Positions 9,722 to 20,754 of a stretch of DNA of 64,000 bases are shown in pieces. The stretch spans positions 2,592,001-2,656,000 of the forward strand of contig CBDFKD010000002.1 in the NCBI GenBank assembly GCA_965248695.1. The letters run 5' to 3'. The position numbers were made by a program, and so were the translations under genes. The notes under the pieces were generated by a model. That model searched no databases and was not told the origin of the DNA. It was given only the letters and a program-made list of their open reading frames with translations. This DNA comes from Acidobacteriota bacterium (GTDB lineage: Bacteria > Acidobacteriota > UBA890 > WLXD01). Within the stretch, counting starts at the first letter, position 1. Each line of letters opens with the position of its first letter.

Positions 9722-10854
9722 GCTCGGTCAGGGATCGTATCGCCGGCGTGGGTCGGTCAGGCTTGATGGTGTCGTGCACCGTGGCGCTGGTAGTACTGCT
9801 CGGCGGTGCGGCCGCGCCGCAGCAACCGAGCGGCGGCGACGCCACGATGTACGTCGGCACCTATGACCATGCGATCACGATCATCGACGAGTCCACGATG
9901 TCGGTGACCGGCAAGATCGCGGCCACGGCCGGGATCCCGCGCAACATGCAGCTGACACGCGACAACGAGCGGCTCTACTCCACCAGTGCGGATTTCGAGT
10001 ACATCGAGATCTTCGACGTCGCCAGCGGCGAATCGATCGACGTCCACCACCTGAGCCACGACACCTCGAAGGTGCGGATCTGGCAGGTCGCCATCCACCC
10101 CAGCGAGGAGTACCTGATTCTCCATACCAGCACCGACACCAAGCTCATCGACCGCTTCGAGATCGGACCGCCGGTGCTGCAGCAATACAACCTCGAAACT
10201 CGCGAGGTGGTGCGCGACATCCCATGGCCGGACGGCGAGGAGCGCGAGTTCAGCCAGATGATGTTCTCGCCCGATGGCGACCTGCTCTACGTCATGGGCG
10301 AGGAAGTGATGATCCTCGAGACGGAGAACTTCGAGCAGGTCGATACCTGGGACATGTCGCGTCCTATGGAAACCGGCATGGGGCTGCTGAACTTCGGCAT
10401 CAGCCGCAACATCTATGACGATCCCGGGTTCTTCACCGGGCTTTTCCGCACCACCGACCCGATCAATGGCCGCCGCATGATGGGCGTGGCGCGGGTCAAC
10501 CTGCCCGAGAAGAGCGTCGACTTCTACACCCTGGGTCCCTCGATGGGCGTGAGCTTCTCACTGGCGCCGGGAGCGAAGAAGGCATATGGCCTCCTTCAGG
10601 ACATCGGCCACTACGAGTTCTGGACCTTCGACCTGGAAGGACGGCAGGTAGAGAACCGCCAGACTTTCGATGGGCGACCGCGAATGCGCGTGAAGCCAAG
10701 CTCCAACGGCGAGCTGCTTTACGTCTTCAATGCCGGCAACACCGTCGACGTCTACACCGCCGCCGATTACACCTTCCTGTACACGCTGGCCCTGGACGGC
10801 GACACGACGACTGATCTGATCGTCATTCCGTCCGCCGGCGCCGGGCGCCCCTGA
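9718..10854 (+). CDS. qhpB: Quinohemoprotein amine dehydrogenase beta subunit (beta-propeller)
   Basis: Signal-like hydrophobic N-terminus, YVTN-like propeller repeats (FSPDGDLLYV, SSNGELLYV), position after qhpC. Start GTG 9718 or ATG 9766. Confidence 0.85.
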   Translation: MSSVRDRIAGVGRSGLMVSCTVALVVLLGGAAAPQQPSGGDATMYVGTYDHAITIIDESTMSVTGKIAATAGIPRNMQLTRDNERLYSTSADFEYIEIFDVASGESIDVHHLSHDTSKVRIWQVAIHPSEEYLILHTSTDTKLIDRFEIGPPVLQQYNLETREVVRDIPWPDGEEREFSQMMFSPDGDLLYVMGEEVMILETENFEQVDTWDMSRPMETGMGLLNFGISRNIYDDPGFFTGLFRTTDPINGRRMMGVARVNLPEKSVDFYTLGPSMGVSFSLAPGAKKAYGLLQDIGHYEFWTFDLEGRQVENRQTFDGRPRMRVKPSSNGELLYVFNAGNTVDVYTAADYTFLYTLALDGDTTTDLIVIPSAGAGRP

Positions 10855-10870
10855 GCCCAGCGTCCTCGAC

Positions 10871-12667
10871 ATGAGCGCCCGGGCAGCGCGCGGCGGTGAC
10901 CTGCGCTGGGCGCTGGCCTACGTGCTGCCCTACTGGCACCGCCTGGCGCTGGTCATCGGGCTGAGCTTCGTCAGCACCCTGCTGTCGCTTTACCTACCGT
11001 ACCTGTCCAAGGAGCTGGTCGACGACGCCCTCCTGGGACAGAACATGGGCGCGTTGGTGCGCATCATCGGCCTGTTCACCGTCGTCACGCTGCTGAGCTT
11101 CGCGATCAACGTCACCAGCGGGCTGCGCTACACGCGCGTGTCGGCCGAGATCCTCTTCGACATGCGGCTCGACATCTACCGCCACCTGCAGCGGTTGTCG
11201 CCGCGCTACTACGCCCACGCACGGCTCGGCGACATCGTGTCGCGCATCAACAACGACATCGGTGAGATCCAGCGTATCGCCGCCGAGACGGCGCTCGCGT
11301 GGGTCGGCAACGTGCTTTTCCTGGTCGGCACGGTGGGGGTGATGATCTGGCTGGACGCCCGGCTGTTCGCGGTCAGCGTGGCGCTGATGCCGATCAGCAT
11401 GGTGGCGCTGGTGTACTACCGGCGGCGACTCGAGACGAGAGTGCAGACGATGCGCGAGCGCAGCGCCGACATCGGCAGCTTTCTGATCGAGACGCTGCAG
11501 GGCATGAAGCTCATCGTCTCGTCCAACGCACAGTCACGCGAGGAGGGCCGTTTCCGTGGCAAGAACGATGCCTTCATCGAAGCGCTCATGGGCATGCGGC
11601 GGCTCAGCTACCTGGCCGGAGGCCTGCCGGGTCTGATCCTCTCGGCGGGCACCGCGGTCGTCTTCCTGTACGGCGGCAGCAGGGTCATCTCCGGGGCCAT
11701 CACGATGGGCGATCTGGTCGCCTTCATGGCGTATCAGATGCTCCTTCTGTCGCCGGTACAGGGCTTGATGGGGCTGTACACGAACCTCGCCACGGCGCGC
11801 GTATCGCTGGGTCGCGTTCACGAGATCCTCGACACTCCGATAGAGGTGACCGAGCGCGACGACGCCGTCGCCCTTGAGGAAGCACGCGGCGAGGTGGACC
11901 TCGACGCCGTGAGCTTCACTTTCGACCGCGGCGCCGCGGTTCTCGACGACGTTACCCTGGCGGTGCGCCCAGGCGAGGTGGTGGCAATCGTCGGACCCAG
12001 TGGTGGGGGCAAATCGACCGTCGTCGATCTGCTGCTCCGTCATCTCGATCCGAACGACGGAGAAGTTCGTCTCGACGGGCACCGTCTCCCCGACCTGCGA
12101 CTCGACGACGTACGGCGCCATGTCGTGGCCGTCGAGCAGGAGCCGTTCGTGTTCAACACCACCATCGCCGAGAACATCCGCTACGCGCGGCCGGGCGCCA
12201 GCGATGATCAGGTGCATGCGGCAGCCTCGTCGGCGGGCATTGCCGGCTTCATCGAGGGCCTGCCCGACGGCTATCAAACTGTCGTCGGCGAGCGCGGCAT
12301 GGCCGTCTCGGCGGGCGAGCGCCAGCGCATCGCCATCGCGCGCGCGTTCCTCGCTGATCCCGCCGTGCTGGTGCTTGACGAGGCCACCGCGTCGCTCGAC
12401 CCGGTCTCCGAGCGTCATGTCATCGACAGCTACGAGGCCATCATGCGCGGACGAACGACGTTGCTGATCTCGCATCGTTACGAGATGGCACGACGCGCCG
12501 ACCGCGTGGTGGTGATCGATGGTGCGCGCATCGTCGAGCAAGGCACCCCCGAGGCGCTCGCGACCGCATCGGGACCCTTCGCGGCGCTGTTTGCCAGCGA
12601 CGTGGCCCGCGCGGCGTCCGGCAGCGGCGACGATCTTGCCCAGGCAGACGGCCGGACGCGGGCGTGA
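10871..12667 (+). CDS. qhpF: QhpF-like ABC exporter (TMD + ATPase) for the crosslinked gamma subunit
   Basis: About 6 TM helices, Walker A GPSGGGKS, signature SAGERQR, VLVLDEAT; lies within the qhp operon. Confidence 0.85.
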   Translation: MSARAARGGDLRWALAYVLPYWHRLALVIGLSFVSTLLSLYLPYLSKELVDDALLGQNMGALVRIIGLFTVVTLLSFAINVTSGLRYTRVSAEILFDMRLDIYRHLQRLSPRYYAHARLGDIVSRINNDIGEIQRIAAETALAWVGNVLFLVGTVGVMIWLDARLFAVSVALMPISMVALVYYRRRLETRVQTMRERSADIGSFLIETLQGMKLIVSSNAQSREEGRFRGKNDAFIEALMGMRRLSYLAGGLPGLILSAGTAVVFLYGGSRVISGAITMGDLVAFMAYQMLLLSPVQGLMGLYTNLATARVSLGRVHEILDTPIEVTERDDAVALEEARGEVDLDAVSFTFDRGAAVLDDVTLAVRPGEVVAIVGPSGGGKSTVVDLLLRHLDPNDGEVRLDGHRLPDLRLDDVRRHVVAVEQEPFVFNTTIAENIRYARPGASDDQVHAAASSAGIAGFIEGLPDGYQTVVGERGMAVSAGERQRIAIARAFLADPAVLVLDEATASLDPVSERHVIDSYEAIMRGRTTLLISHRYEMARRADRVVVIDGARIVEQGTPEALATASGPFAALFASDVARAASGSGDDLAQADGRTRA

Positions 12668-13362
12668 GGCTCCGACTCGACGAGGCGCCGTTCGACGGCG
12701 ACGGAAGCGGCGTAGACGTAGCGATCATCGACAGTGGCATCAACACGGACAATCCTCACATCACCGCCTACGCCACCGGCGTGGCGATCGATCGCAACGG
12801 CGGCGAGCACGACGACGTCCTCGACCGCCTTGGTCATGGAACCGCGGTCACCGCGGCGATCCACGAGAAGGCGCCCGGCGCACAGCTTCATGTCGTGCGC
12901 GTGTTCGAGACATCGCTGACGACCAGCGCCGCCAACCTGGCGCGAGGAATCGACTGGGCGGCCGGGCGGAGGCTGCAGCTGGCCAACCTCAGCCTCGGCA
13001 CGCCCCGGCGCGAGCACGCCGAGCTGCTGCGCGACGCCGTGCTACGCGCCCGCACGGCCGGGGTGCTGGTGGTCTCGGCCCGCAGCCATCGCGCCATGCG
13101 CTGGTGGCCGGGGACGCTGACCGAAGTTGTCGGCGTCGTGGCTGACGATACGTGCGACCGTGACGAGATCATCGTCGACCGTCCCACGTCTGGTGGCGGG
13201 CTGACGCTGCGCGCGTCGCCGTTGCCGCGCCCGATTCCCGGCGTTGCGCCGGAGCGGAACGTGCGGGGCATCAGCTTCGCGGTGGCCAACGCAACGGGGT
13301 TCCTTGCCCGCGCGCTAGCGTCGCCAACCGGCAAGGAGTGGGTGCTCGAAGCGTTCGACTAA
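12664..13362 (+). CDS. qhpE: QhpE subtilisin-like (S8) leader peptidase
   Basis: Triad motifs IIDSG, GHGT, GISFA; short, no signal or propeptide; GTGA overlap with qhpF. Confidence 0.87.
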   Translation: MRLRLDEAPFDGDGSGVDVAIIDSGINTDNPHITAYATGVAIDRNGGEHDDVLDRLGHGTAVTAAIHEKAPGAQLHVVRVFETSLTTSAANLARGIDWAAGRRLQLANLSLGTPRREHAELLRDAVLRARTAGVLVVSARSHRAMRWWPGTLTEVVGVVADDTCDRDEIIVDRPTSGGGLTLRASPLPRPIPGVAPERNVRGISFAVANATGFLARALASPTGKEWVLEAFD

Positions 13363-13429
13363 GCGAGCAATCCATCGCCTGCCGACTGCGCCGCTGCGGC
13401 GAACGGACGCCGAAGCGCCTACTGCCGGG

Positions 13430-14716
13430 CTAGTCGAACGACCAACGCGTCAGCGTATCTCCGGCCCTGACCAAGAGGTCGCCATCGTGGATAAGCGGAT
13501 ACGCCCAGACGGCAGCGTCGGCGATCGTATAGTCGGCAATGAGCTCGAGCCCGGGCCGCGTTCGGCGCGCCACGTGAAGATCCCCTTCGTTCATGACGAA
13601 GAACACGTAGTCGCCCGCCGCCAGCACCGCACCGTTCTCTCCCGAGCGCCCATCGGTGATCCAGTGGGTCGCGCCGGTGACCGGGTCGAGAGCGAACAGC
13701 TGGCCCTTGCGCTGGCCGGAGATGCCGAACAACTCGGCGCCCTCGAGCACGAAGTTGCTCCAAAATGGTTTGATCTCGTCATTGGTCCAGACCGTGTCGA
13801 CCGTCCAGCCATCGCCGGCTCGCATCGGAGCGATGGCCACCGTCCCCGGCCGGATCCCGGCGATGATGACCACCTGTCCGGCAACGATCGGAGAGGGGAT
13901 GTTGGTCGAGCAGGAACCCGGGACGCCCGGCAGCGGGTGCTCCCAGAGAAACGTGCCGCTGTCCGCCTCGAGCGCCACCACCGCCTCGTCGGTCATGGTC
14001 AGAATCTGGCGAACGCCCTCGATTGTCGCCAGCACCGGCGACGCGTTCCCGGCCGCCGGCCCGGTCCAGGTCCACGCCGTGTCACCGGTCGCCAGGGTCA
14101 ACGCAAACACCTCACCCGAATCATCGTCGCCGATTTGCAAGACGACGCGGTCGTCGACGATCAACGGCGACGATGAGGCACCACAGCTGCGCTGGACCTC
14201 GACGATGCGATCGCCGAAATCACGACGCCAGCGCAGCTCACCCGACTCGGCGTCGTACGCCGAAGCGATCCCGTGCACGCCAAACGCGTAAAGGGTGCCC
14301 GCGTGCAGGACCGGGGTCGCATAGGGTCCCTCTCCCTCGCTTTCGGCGAATTCGGGGGCCTTGGTGGTCGGAGCCGCGTAGTCGTCGCTCCAGACCGGGT
14401 CGCCGGTGGCGAAATCGAGCGCCGACACATGCTCGCGCTGGTCGCCGCGGCTGTGGACGTAGACCCTAGCGCCGTCGGTTACCGGCGACGCGTAGCCGGC
14501 CCCGATGTTCCGGTCCCAGACTGCTGACGGGGCGTCCGGCCACTCTTCCGGGCCAGTGAACTGCAGCGCGACTCCGTCGCGATTGGGGCCGCGGAACTGC
14601 TCCCATGCGGCCGCCGCCTGTGGGACGTCGGCCTCACCGCATCCCACCATCAGCGCCGACGCCGACAGCAGAATGCCGACCGATGGGACACGCCCGTCTG
14701 GATACCGCCTGTTCAT
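13430..14716 (-). CDS. PQQ-like (BamB-type) beta-propeller lipoprotein
   Basis: LMVGC lipobox-like, WEQFRGPNRDG, GAGYASPV, repeated AL(D/E)xxTG..W, W(A)YP C-terminus. Confidence 0.8.
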   Translation of the reverse strand: MNRRYPDGRVPSVGILLSASALMVGCGEADVPQAAAAWEQFRGPNRDGVALQFTGPEEWPDAPSAVWDRNIGAGYASPVTDGARVYVHSRGDQREHVSALDFATGDPVWSDDYAAPTTKAPEFAESEGEGPYATPVLHAGTLYAFGVHGIASAYDAESGELRWRRDFGDRIVEVQRSCGASSSPLIVDDRVVLQIGDDDSGEVFALTLATGDTAWTWTGPAAGNASPVLATIEGVRQILTMTDEAVVALEADSGTFLWEHPLPGVPGSCSTNIPSPIVAGQVVIIAGIRPGTVAIAPMRAGDGWTVDTVWTNDEIKPFWSNFVLEGAELFGISGQRKGQLFALDPVTGATHWITDGRSGENGAVLAAGDYVFFVMNEGDLHVARRTRPGLELIADYTIADAAVWAYPLIHDGDLLVRAGDTLTRWSFD

Positions 14717-14748
14717 GATCGGCGTAGCTTACACCTCGCGGCGAGCGC

Positions 14749-17460
14749 CTACTCCGATCGCAGCGACCGAACCGGATCGAGCGCAATTGCCCGTCGCGCC
14801 GGCAACAGGCTGGCAACGAGGGCCACGGCTACGAGTACCGCGGCCGCGCCAACGTAGGTCAGCGGATCGGTCGACCGCACGCCGAATAGAAGCGACGACA
14901 CCAAGCGGCTGAGCCCCATCGCCACCACCAAGCCAATCACGGTGCCCAGCCCGACCCATGCCATCCCCTGCCCCACGACCCATCGGGCGACGTCTCGACC
15001 GCGCGCTCCGAGCGCCATCCGGATGCCGATCTCGCGAGCGCGCTGCGCCACGGCATTGGAGACCACGCCGTACACGCCGATGCCGGCGAGCAGTAGCGCC
15101 AGGCCGGCGAACAAGCCAACGAGCAGCGCCGAGAAACGTGGTTGCGACACCGACCGTCCCACCAGTCCGTCGAGCGTGGCGACCGCCACGATCGTCTGAT
15201 CCGGATTGACCTCCCAGATCGCCGCGTGGATGTTCGACAACAACGCCACCGGATCGCCCTCGGTGCGCACGACAAGCGTCATGCCGACTCGCGTCACCTG
15301 ACGCAGGGAGGTGTAGACGACGTTGCGGATCTCCTCATCGAGGCTCGCCTGGCGTACGTCGCCGACGACGCCGATAATCTCCAGCTCGGTGGGACCCGCG
15401 GCAATCCTCTGCCCGATCGGATCCGCATCCGGCCAGAAGCGCTCCGCCATGCTCTCGTTGATGATGCCGACCAGCCGATCGAGCGAGCCGTCGTCGGCCG
15501 CTGTGAAGTCGCGGCCGGCGATCCGCGGCATCCCCATCGCCTCGAAGATCCCGTCGGAGGCGAAACGCATTGCAGCCGACGGTTCCTGTCCCTCAGCTGG
15601 TTGGGGCTGTCCGACCACGGTGAATCGAAAATCCTCCCCCTGAAAAGTGTCGCGGGCCAGCGGCATGGGGCGTACGAGACCAGCTGCGACAACGCCGGGT
15701 ACCTGGCGAACACCATCGAGTACGTCGGTGAAGAACTGCTGCATGTCCTCGGTGGTCACGTACTTGTAGCCCGGTGCGGTGACCTGCATCGATACAGCGC
15801 GCTCGGCCTGGAATCCGGGATCGACGCGAAGCAGGTTGTCCAGGCTTCGCAGCAAGAGACCGGCTCCGATGGCCAGCACCACTACCAGCGCCGCCTCGGC
15901 GGCGATGAGCACGCCGCGCATTCGGTTGCGGCCTTGCGCCTCGGCAGTGCTACCGCCAGCTAGCCGGAGCTCCGCTTGAAGATCTCCGCGCCAGGCACGC
16001 CAGGCGGGAGCAAGCCCGAACAGCGATCCGGTGACCAGGGACGCCAACGCCGCGAAGATCAACGTGGTGGGATCCAGCCCCACCTCGTCGAGTCGCGGAA
16101 CCGTTACCGGCGCCATGGCTATCAATCCGCGCAGCGCCACGGCGCCAGTTGCCAGGCCGGCGGTGCCACCCACCGCGGCGAGCAAGACAGCCTCGGTCAG
16201 CAGCTGCCGCGCCAGGCGGGCGCGACTCGCGCCCAGCGCCGAACGCACAGCAAACTCGCGGGTCCGCGCCTGCGACCGCACCAGCATGAGGTTGGCCACA
16301 TTGGCACAGCAGATCAGCAGCACCGTGCCGACCGCGCCCAGGAGGATCAACAACGCCGCGCGAACACCCCCTGTGAGCTGCTCGTGCAGCGGCAGGAGAC
16401 GAACCTCGGTCAGTTGCTCGTTGGACTCCGGATACTCGGCCGCAAGCCGACCCGCCACCGTCGTCAGGTCGGCCTGTGCCGCCTCGAGACTCACGCCGGG
16501 CTTCATGCGCGCGATCCCGGCGAGGAAGCGTACAAAGCGCTTGCGAGGAATGCCGCTTTCGGGGATGAGCGACAGCGGCACCCAGATCTCGGCGTCCGTC
16601 GACGGGTAGTCGAAGCCGGGTGGCATGACGCCAACTACGGTGAACGGGCTGTCGCTTAGTGTGATTGTGCGGCCGATGGCGTTCGGATCGCCGTGAAAGC
16701 GCCCTTGCCAGGCGCGATACGACAGGACGGCGACGGCGTCATCGCCTTCGACGTGGTCGTCGACCTGCAACGTGCGACCGAGCATTGGAGGCGTACCGAG
16801 CGTCTCGAAGAACATCTCCTCGACGAAGTGCGCCTGCAACGCCTCGGGCCGGTCTCCGCCGGTCAGTACGAAGCCGCTGAGCGACAGGGAGGGGAAAGCG
16901 GAGATCTGCTCGAACGAGGAACTCTGGTCGCGCCAGTCACGAAGATCGTCGGGTGAGATGGTCCCACGCCACACATCGCGCTCCGGGAAGGCCGAGTAGA
17001 TGCGCACCAGCCGATCTGGCTGCGGGTACGGGAGCGGCCGCAATAGCACGGCGTTGACGATACTGAAGATGGCCGTGTTGGCGCCGATCCCCAGTGCCAG
17101 AGTCAGCACCGCGGCGATGGCGAAGGCGGGGCTCTTGGCCAGGGCGCGCAGTCCGTACTTGAGATCCTGCAGAATCGATACGGTCATTTCGAGGAAACCC
17201 AACCGATGCGGGGATCGAGGTTCGAATAGATGTGGACGACGTAGAGCTCGCAACCGACGTGAGAACACCAGACTTGATGCCTGAGCCCCATACCAGAGCG
17301 CCGCCATGAGCCACGAGCGCCGTGCCCGTATCTCGACGTATTCCTCGCGAAGATCGCCGACGATGAACCGACCCGCCGGGGATGCCGACAGGCGGCGTTG
17401 AAGCCAGGCCTCGGCGCGCCGGGGCGGTGCGGGAGCGGCGGGCCCTTCCGTCGAGCTCAC
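14749..17460 (-). CDS. Duplicated orphan ABC permease (ADOP, 2x MacB_PCD/FtsX) with N-terminal prefix
   Basis: IVGDLREEY prefix, [52 protein letters not shown], ..SLRSE end. Confidence 0.9.
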   Translation of the reverse strand: MSSTEGPAAPAPPRRAEAWLQRRLSASPAGRFIVGDLREEYVEIRARRSWLMAALWYGAQASSLVFSRRLRALRRPHLFEPRSPHRLGFLEMTVSILQDLKYGLRALAKSPAFAIAAVLTLALGIGANTAIFSIVNAVLLRPLPYPQPDRLVRIYSAFPERDVWRGTISPDDLRDWRDQSSSFEQISAFPSLSLSGFVLTGGDRPEALQAHFVEEMFFETLGTPPMLGRTLQVDDHVEGDDAVAVLSYRAWQGRFHGDPNAIGRTITLSDSPFTVVGVMPPGFDYPSTDAEIWVPLSLIPESGIPRKRFVRFLAGIARMKPGVSLEAAQADLTTVAGRLAAEYPESNEQLTEVRLLPLHEQLTGGVRAALLILLGAVGTVLLICCANVANLMLVRSQARTREFAVRSALGASRARLARQLLTEAVLLAAVGGTAGLATGAVALRGLIAMAPVTVPRLDEVGLDPTTLIFAALASLVTGSLFGLAPAWRAWRGDLQAELRLAGGSTAEAQGRNRMRGVLIAAEAALVVVLAIGAGLLLRSLDNLLRVDPGFQAERAVSMQVTAPGYKYVTTEDMQQFFTDVLDGVRQVPGVVAAGLVRPMPLARDTFQGEDFRFTVVGQPQPAEGQEPSAAMRFASDGIFEAMGMPRIAGRDFTAADDGSLDRLVGIINESMAERFWPDADPIGQRIAAGPTELEIIGVVGDVRQASLDEEIRNVVYTSLRQVTRVGMTLVVRTEGDPVALLSNIHAAIWEVNPDQTIVAVATLDGLVGRSVSQPRFSALLVGLFAGLALLLAGIGVYGVVSNAVAQRAREIGIRMALGARGRDVARWVVGQGMAWVGLGTVIGLVVAMGLSRLVSSLLFGVRSTDPLTYVGAAAVLVAVALVASLLPARRAIALDPVRSLRSE

Positions 17461-17786
17461 TGTTCGAGTGCGCTCTCGAGACCTTCCGAGAGCCTGTTGA
17501 TCGCCCGCTGCGACGTCCGCAGCGCCGCGACCCCGTCATCCGTGACAGTGAACCGCCGGCGCGGAATCCCTCCGCGAGCGGGCGAAGAATCTTCGACTTG
17601 CCAGCCCAAGAACCCTTTGTCCTCGAGCCTGGCCAGGGTCCCGTACAGCGCCCCACGCGCCACCGATCGGCCGGCGCGCTCCTCAATGCGCCGTCGCACG
17701 CCGATCGCGTGCGCCGCATCGCCGAGCTGCATCACCGCCAGCAGAACCAGATGCTCGAACTCGCCCAGGAACCCCGTACCGCCCAT
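17457..17786 (-). CDS. padR: PadR-family transcriptional regulator (acidobacterial type), coupled to ADOP permease
   Basis: [33 protein letters not shown]; 4-bp overlap with permease start. Confidence 0.9.
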   Translation of the reverse strand: MGGTGFLGEFEHLVLLAVMQLGDAAHAIGVRRRIEERAGRSVARGALYGTLARLEDKGFLGWQVEDSSPARGGIPRRRFTVTDDGVAALRTSQRAINRLSEGLESALEQ

Positions 17787-17800
17787 GCTCGCCCTCTCGG

Positions 17801-17817
17801 TGTCTATTTAACAGACA
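17801..17817. promoter_or_regulatory. Candidate PadR operator (TGTCT-N7-AGACA)
   Basis: Inverted repeat tgtct-atttaac-agaca in an AT-rich patch just upstream of the padR start. Confidence 0.4.
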
Positions 17818-17898
17818 TCGACTACTTTAGCGACATCGAACAGGCACACGCAAGTCCGCCGAGGAGTGGCAGGGCGCGGGGGACGGACCGGCTCTAGG

Positions 17899-18270
17899 TC
17901 AGGCGCGCAGACGGCCGCCGTACAGAGTCGCCGGGACGATGAGCCCCAGGAAGATCAGGTGGTACCAGATAGGCATGAGCTCCCAGCTGGACGCCTGGGC
18001 GAACACCCCGATCGCGAGCTGCACGATTGCCAGTGCCCAGACCGCCTTCATGCGATCGACGCTAGCGACCGCCGCGGTCACGTAGCCCGCCAGCAGCGAG
18101 AGGACGACGCTCCACACGATGAGGCCGAGCAGCACACCGGTGTGATCGCTGATCGCCGCCAGATCCTGCGCCACATCCGGTAGGCGCGAGAGGAGAATCT
18201 GATTGCCGACGACCCAGAGCACTCCCCAGACCAGCGCAACAGCAACCACCGCAACGATCCGTCGTCCCAT
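17899..18270 (-). CDS. Small 4-TM membrane protein of unknown function
   Basis: Four hydrophobic segments, LAGYVTA and PIWYH motifs; GAGGGAG RBS upstream. Confidence 0.7.
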   Translation of the reverse strand: MGRRIVAVVAVALVWGVLWVVGNQILLSRLPDVAQDLAAISDHTGVLLGLIVWSVVLSLLAGYVTAAVASVDRMKAVWALAIVQLAIGVFAQASSWELMPIWYHLIFLGLIVPATLYGGRLRA

Positions 18271-18441
18271 AAGTGCTCTCCCTCGGTAATGGCCGTCGAG
18301 CGCTCACAGGAGATCGAGCCCCGGCCGAGATCCGGTGCGCTGTATACAATGTGTTCGAAGTCAGCCCCATCGAATCACGGTACCGTGCCAGGGTCTGGCA
18401 ACGTGCCCTCGGGCATGGCACGACGAGCTCGCGCTCATAGG

Positions 18442-19440
18442 GTGCAGGGATCTGTGGAAGCGCGCATCGGACTACTCGGGTTGGGTGCCTATACGCCCGA
18501 CCATTGCAAGACCAACGACGACTGGGCACGCTTCGTCGACACCACCGACGAGTGGATCACGGCGCGTACCGGGATCAAACGTCGCCGCATCGCCGCCGAC
18601 GACCAGAGCACCGTCGATCTGGCGGCCGCCGCGGCGCAAGCGGCGATCGACGACGCCGACCTGCAGGCGTCGGATATCGACGAGATCATCGTCGCCACCG
18701 ACACGCCCGAGGCGTACTGCCCAGACAGTGCCGCGTTTCTGCAGGAGCGGCTCGGGGCGCGGCAAGTGCCGGCTTTCGATCTCGGCGGCTCCGGATGTGC
18801 CGGCTTCGTTCTGGCCCTCGACGTAGCCCGCGCCCGCGCCTTGCAGCAGGACCGCCGCATTCTCGTCGTCGGCGTGGAGGTGCTCAGCCGGCTCGTGAGC
18901 TGGAAGGACCGCGAGACCTGCGTGCTCTTCGGCGACGCTGCCGGAGCCGTGGTTCTGGGTCGGGGCCCGGACGCGGTCGAGATCGTCGCCGCTTCGGCGG
19001 GCACCGACGGCTCGCAGGCCGAGATCCTGTGGCTGGAAACCGGCGGTACCCGGGCGCCCTTCAACCGTGAGCGCGCTGAAGCCGGCCTGCATCGCAATCT
19101 GGTGATGAACGGCCGCGAGGTCTTCCGACAGGCGGTACATCACATGAGCAAGGTGTCAGCCGACGTCCTGGAGCAGGCGGGAGTGTCGATCGACCAGGTA
19201 GCTCTGGTGGTACCGCATCAGGCCAACCTGCGTATCATCAACGCTGTCGGCAAAGCGCTGCGGGTCGATCCCGCTCGCGTGTTCACCAACGTGCAAGAGT
19301 ACGGCAATACCGGCTCGGCGTCGGTCCCGCTGGCGCTGTGGGAGGCGCGCGAGACCGGCCGAATCGCTGCCGGTGATCTGGTGTTGCTCACCGCGTTCGG
19401 CGCCGGATTTCATTGGTCTGCGGTGCTGTTGCGCTTCTGA
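18442..19440 (+). CDS. fabH: 3-oxoacyl-ACP synthase III
   Basis: DTTDEWITARTGIKRRRIA, catalytic Cys in GSGCAGF, LFGDAAGA, MNGREVF, PHQANLRII, GNTGSAS, AFGAGFHW; start uncertain (18415/18442/18454). Confidence 0.9.
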   Translation: MQGSVEARIGLLGLGAYTPDHCKTNDDWARFVDTTDEWITARTGIKRRRIAADDQSTVDLAAAAAQAAIDDADLQASDIDEIIVATDTPEAYCPDSAAFLQERLGARQVPAFDLGGSGCAGFVLALDVARARALQQDRRILVVGVEVLSRLVSWKDRETCVLFGDAAGAVVLGRGPDAVEIVAASAGTDGSQAEILWLETGGTRAPFNRERAEAGLHRNLVMNGREVFRQAVHHMSKVSADVLEQAGVSIDQVALVVPHQANLRIINAVGKALRVDPARVFTNVQEYGNTGSASVPLALWEARETGRIAAGDLVLLTAFGAGFHWSAVLLRF

Positions 19441-19500
19441 TGGGCGCTCAATCGCTGATGTTTCGTCTTCACAATTCGGTCTTGTTCCCTCGGAGGTTCC

Positions 19501-20265
19501 GTGCGCCACGCCACAAAGCTGATGTCGACGATCCTGCTAGCCGTTCCGTTCATCTTATCGGCCGGTATCGCCGAGGCTCAGGGCCCACGCGACCTGCCGC
19601 TCGGAGAGATGACGGCGGCGCAGGTGATTAGCGGCGACGGCGCCACGTTCCGTTTTGTAGCGGAAACCAGCGGGCTGCTCACAGTCATCATCCATGGCGA
19701 GGACATCGATCTGTTCATCGAGGTCAGCGACGCCGTCGGCCAGCTGGTGGAGGACGGCCGCGTCGATTTCGACCTGTTCGGCAACACCGGCACGGAGCAT
19801 TTCTCGCGTGCTCTGCGTCGACCGGGCGAGTACCAGGTCCGCGTCGGCAGCTTCATGTCGGAGCTTGGCGAGTTCACTATCGGCGCCAGCTGGCTGCCGG
19901 TAGCCGTGATCGAGGTGCCGCCCGACGCTGACGGCACTCCCGACACCGCGACGGCGCTATTGCCGGGAACGCCGATCGAGGACAGGCTCGACCCCTCGAC
20001 CGGCGACGGCTCCGACTGGTATTTCGTCGAGGCGGCCACGGACGTCGTGCTGACAGTGATCACCGAGGGCGAGGATGACGTTTTCCTCGAGGTCTACAAC
20101 GCCGACGACTTCAGCAGCTACATGGACCGCTCGGATCAGGACCTGCAGGGCAGCGGCGGCAACGAGTCGGTCACCGTCCGCCTGAGAGCCGGCGAGAGAG
20201 CGTACTTCAAGGTCGTGCCGTTCTCGGGATCGGTTAGCTACAGCATCCGCGCAGGAGTGATGTAA
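19501..20265 (+). CDS. Secreted protein with two PPC-like (pre-peptidase C-terminal) beta-sandwich repeats
   Basis: Signal peptide (AEA/Q); internal duplication EDIDLFIEV...DFDLFGNTGTE versus EDDVFLEV...DQDLQGSGGNE; GGAGG RBS. Confidence 0.65.
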   Translation: MRHATKLMSTILLAVPFILSAGIAEAQGPRDLPLGEMTAAQVISGDGATFRFVAETSGLLTVIIHGEDIDLFIEVSDAVGQLVEDGRVDFDLFGNTGTEHFSRALRRPGEYQVRVGSFMSELGEFTIGASWLPVAVIEVPPDADGTPDTATALLPGTPIEDRLDPSTGDGSDWYFVEAATDVVLTVITEGEDDVFLEVYNADDFSSYMDRSDQDLQGSGGNESVTVRLRAGERAYFKVVPFSGSVSYSIRAGVM

Positions 20266-20300
20266 CCGCCTGGCGGCTAGCAGGCCGTCGTGAGCGTGTG

Positions 20301-20582
20301 CTAGCTGTCGTCGGCGAGTGTAGAGAGAACTGCAGCGGCCTCGTCGTCGCTGAGCACCGGTGTGATCGTGTGGTCGACGACGTCGCTCCATTCGGCAGCG
20401 AACTGGTAAATAGCCGTCGGTTCCTCGGTCTCGATCAGAATAAAGCCGTGCCGGCCGGCGGCCGCATGCCAGCGATCAACGATCGTCATTCCCTCTGACG
20501 CCGTGCCGCCGGTGTCGAGAAAACGCTCGACGGCGGTCTCCCAGGCATCTGAAGGAACCGAGTAGGTCATCATGAAGCGCAC
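20301..20582 (-). CDS. DUF3303-like small protein
   Basis: MRFMMTY...GMTIVDRWHAAAGRHGFILIET...AEWSD...ITPV; GGAGG RBS before GTG 20582. Confidence 0.75.
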   Translation of the reverse strand: MRFMMTYSVPSDAWETAVERFLDTGGTASEGMTIVDRWHAAAGRHGFILIETEEPTAIYQFAAEWSDVVDHTITPVLSDDEAAAVLSTLADDS

Positions 20583-20754
20583 GGCGCGCCTCCAGGCACA
20601 CATCAACGGAAATCGATCGCTCGCCGAGACTCTAGCGCCGCGCGCGCACTTGCACAACGGCGCTGCCGTGGAGCTGACTATCGAGTTCCCTTGCTGTCCG
20701 AGCCGCGAAGCGCATCGCACCGGCGGCGCTGCCGCCGACTCAGCTGCGGTCCAG

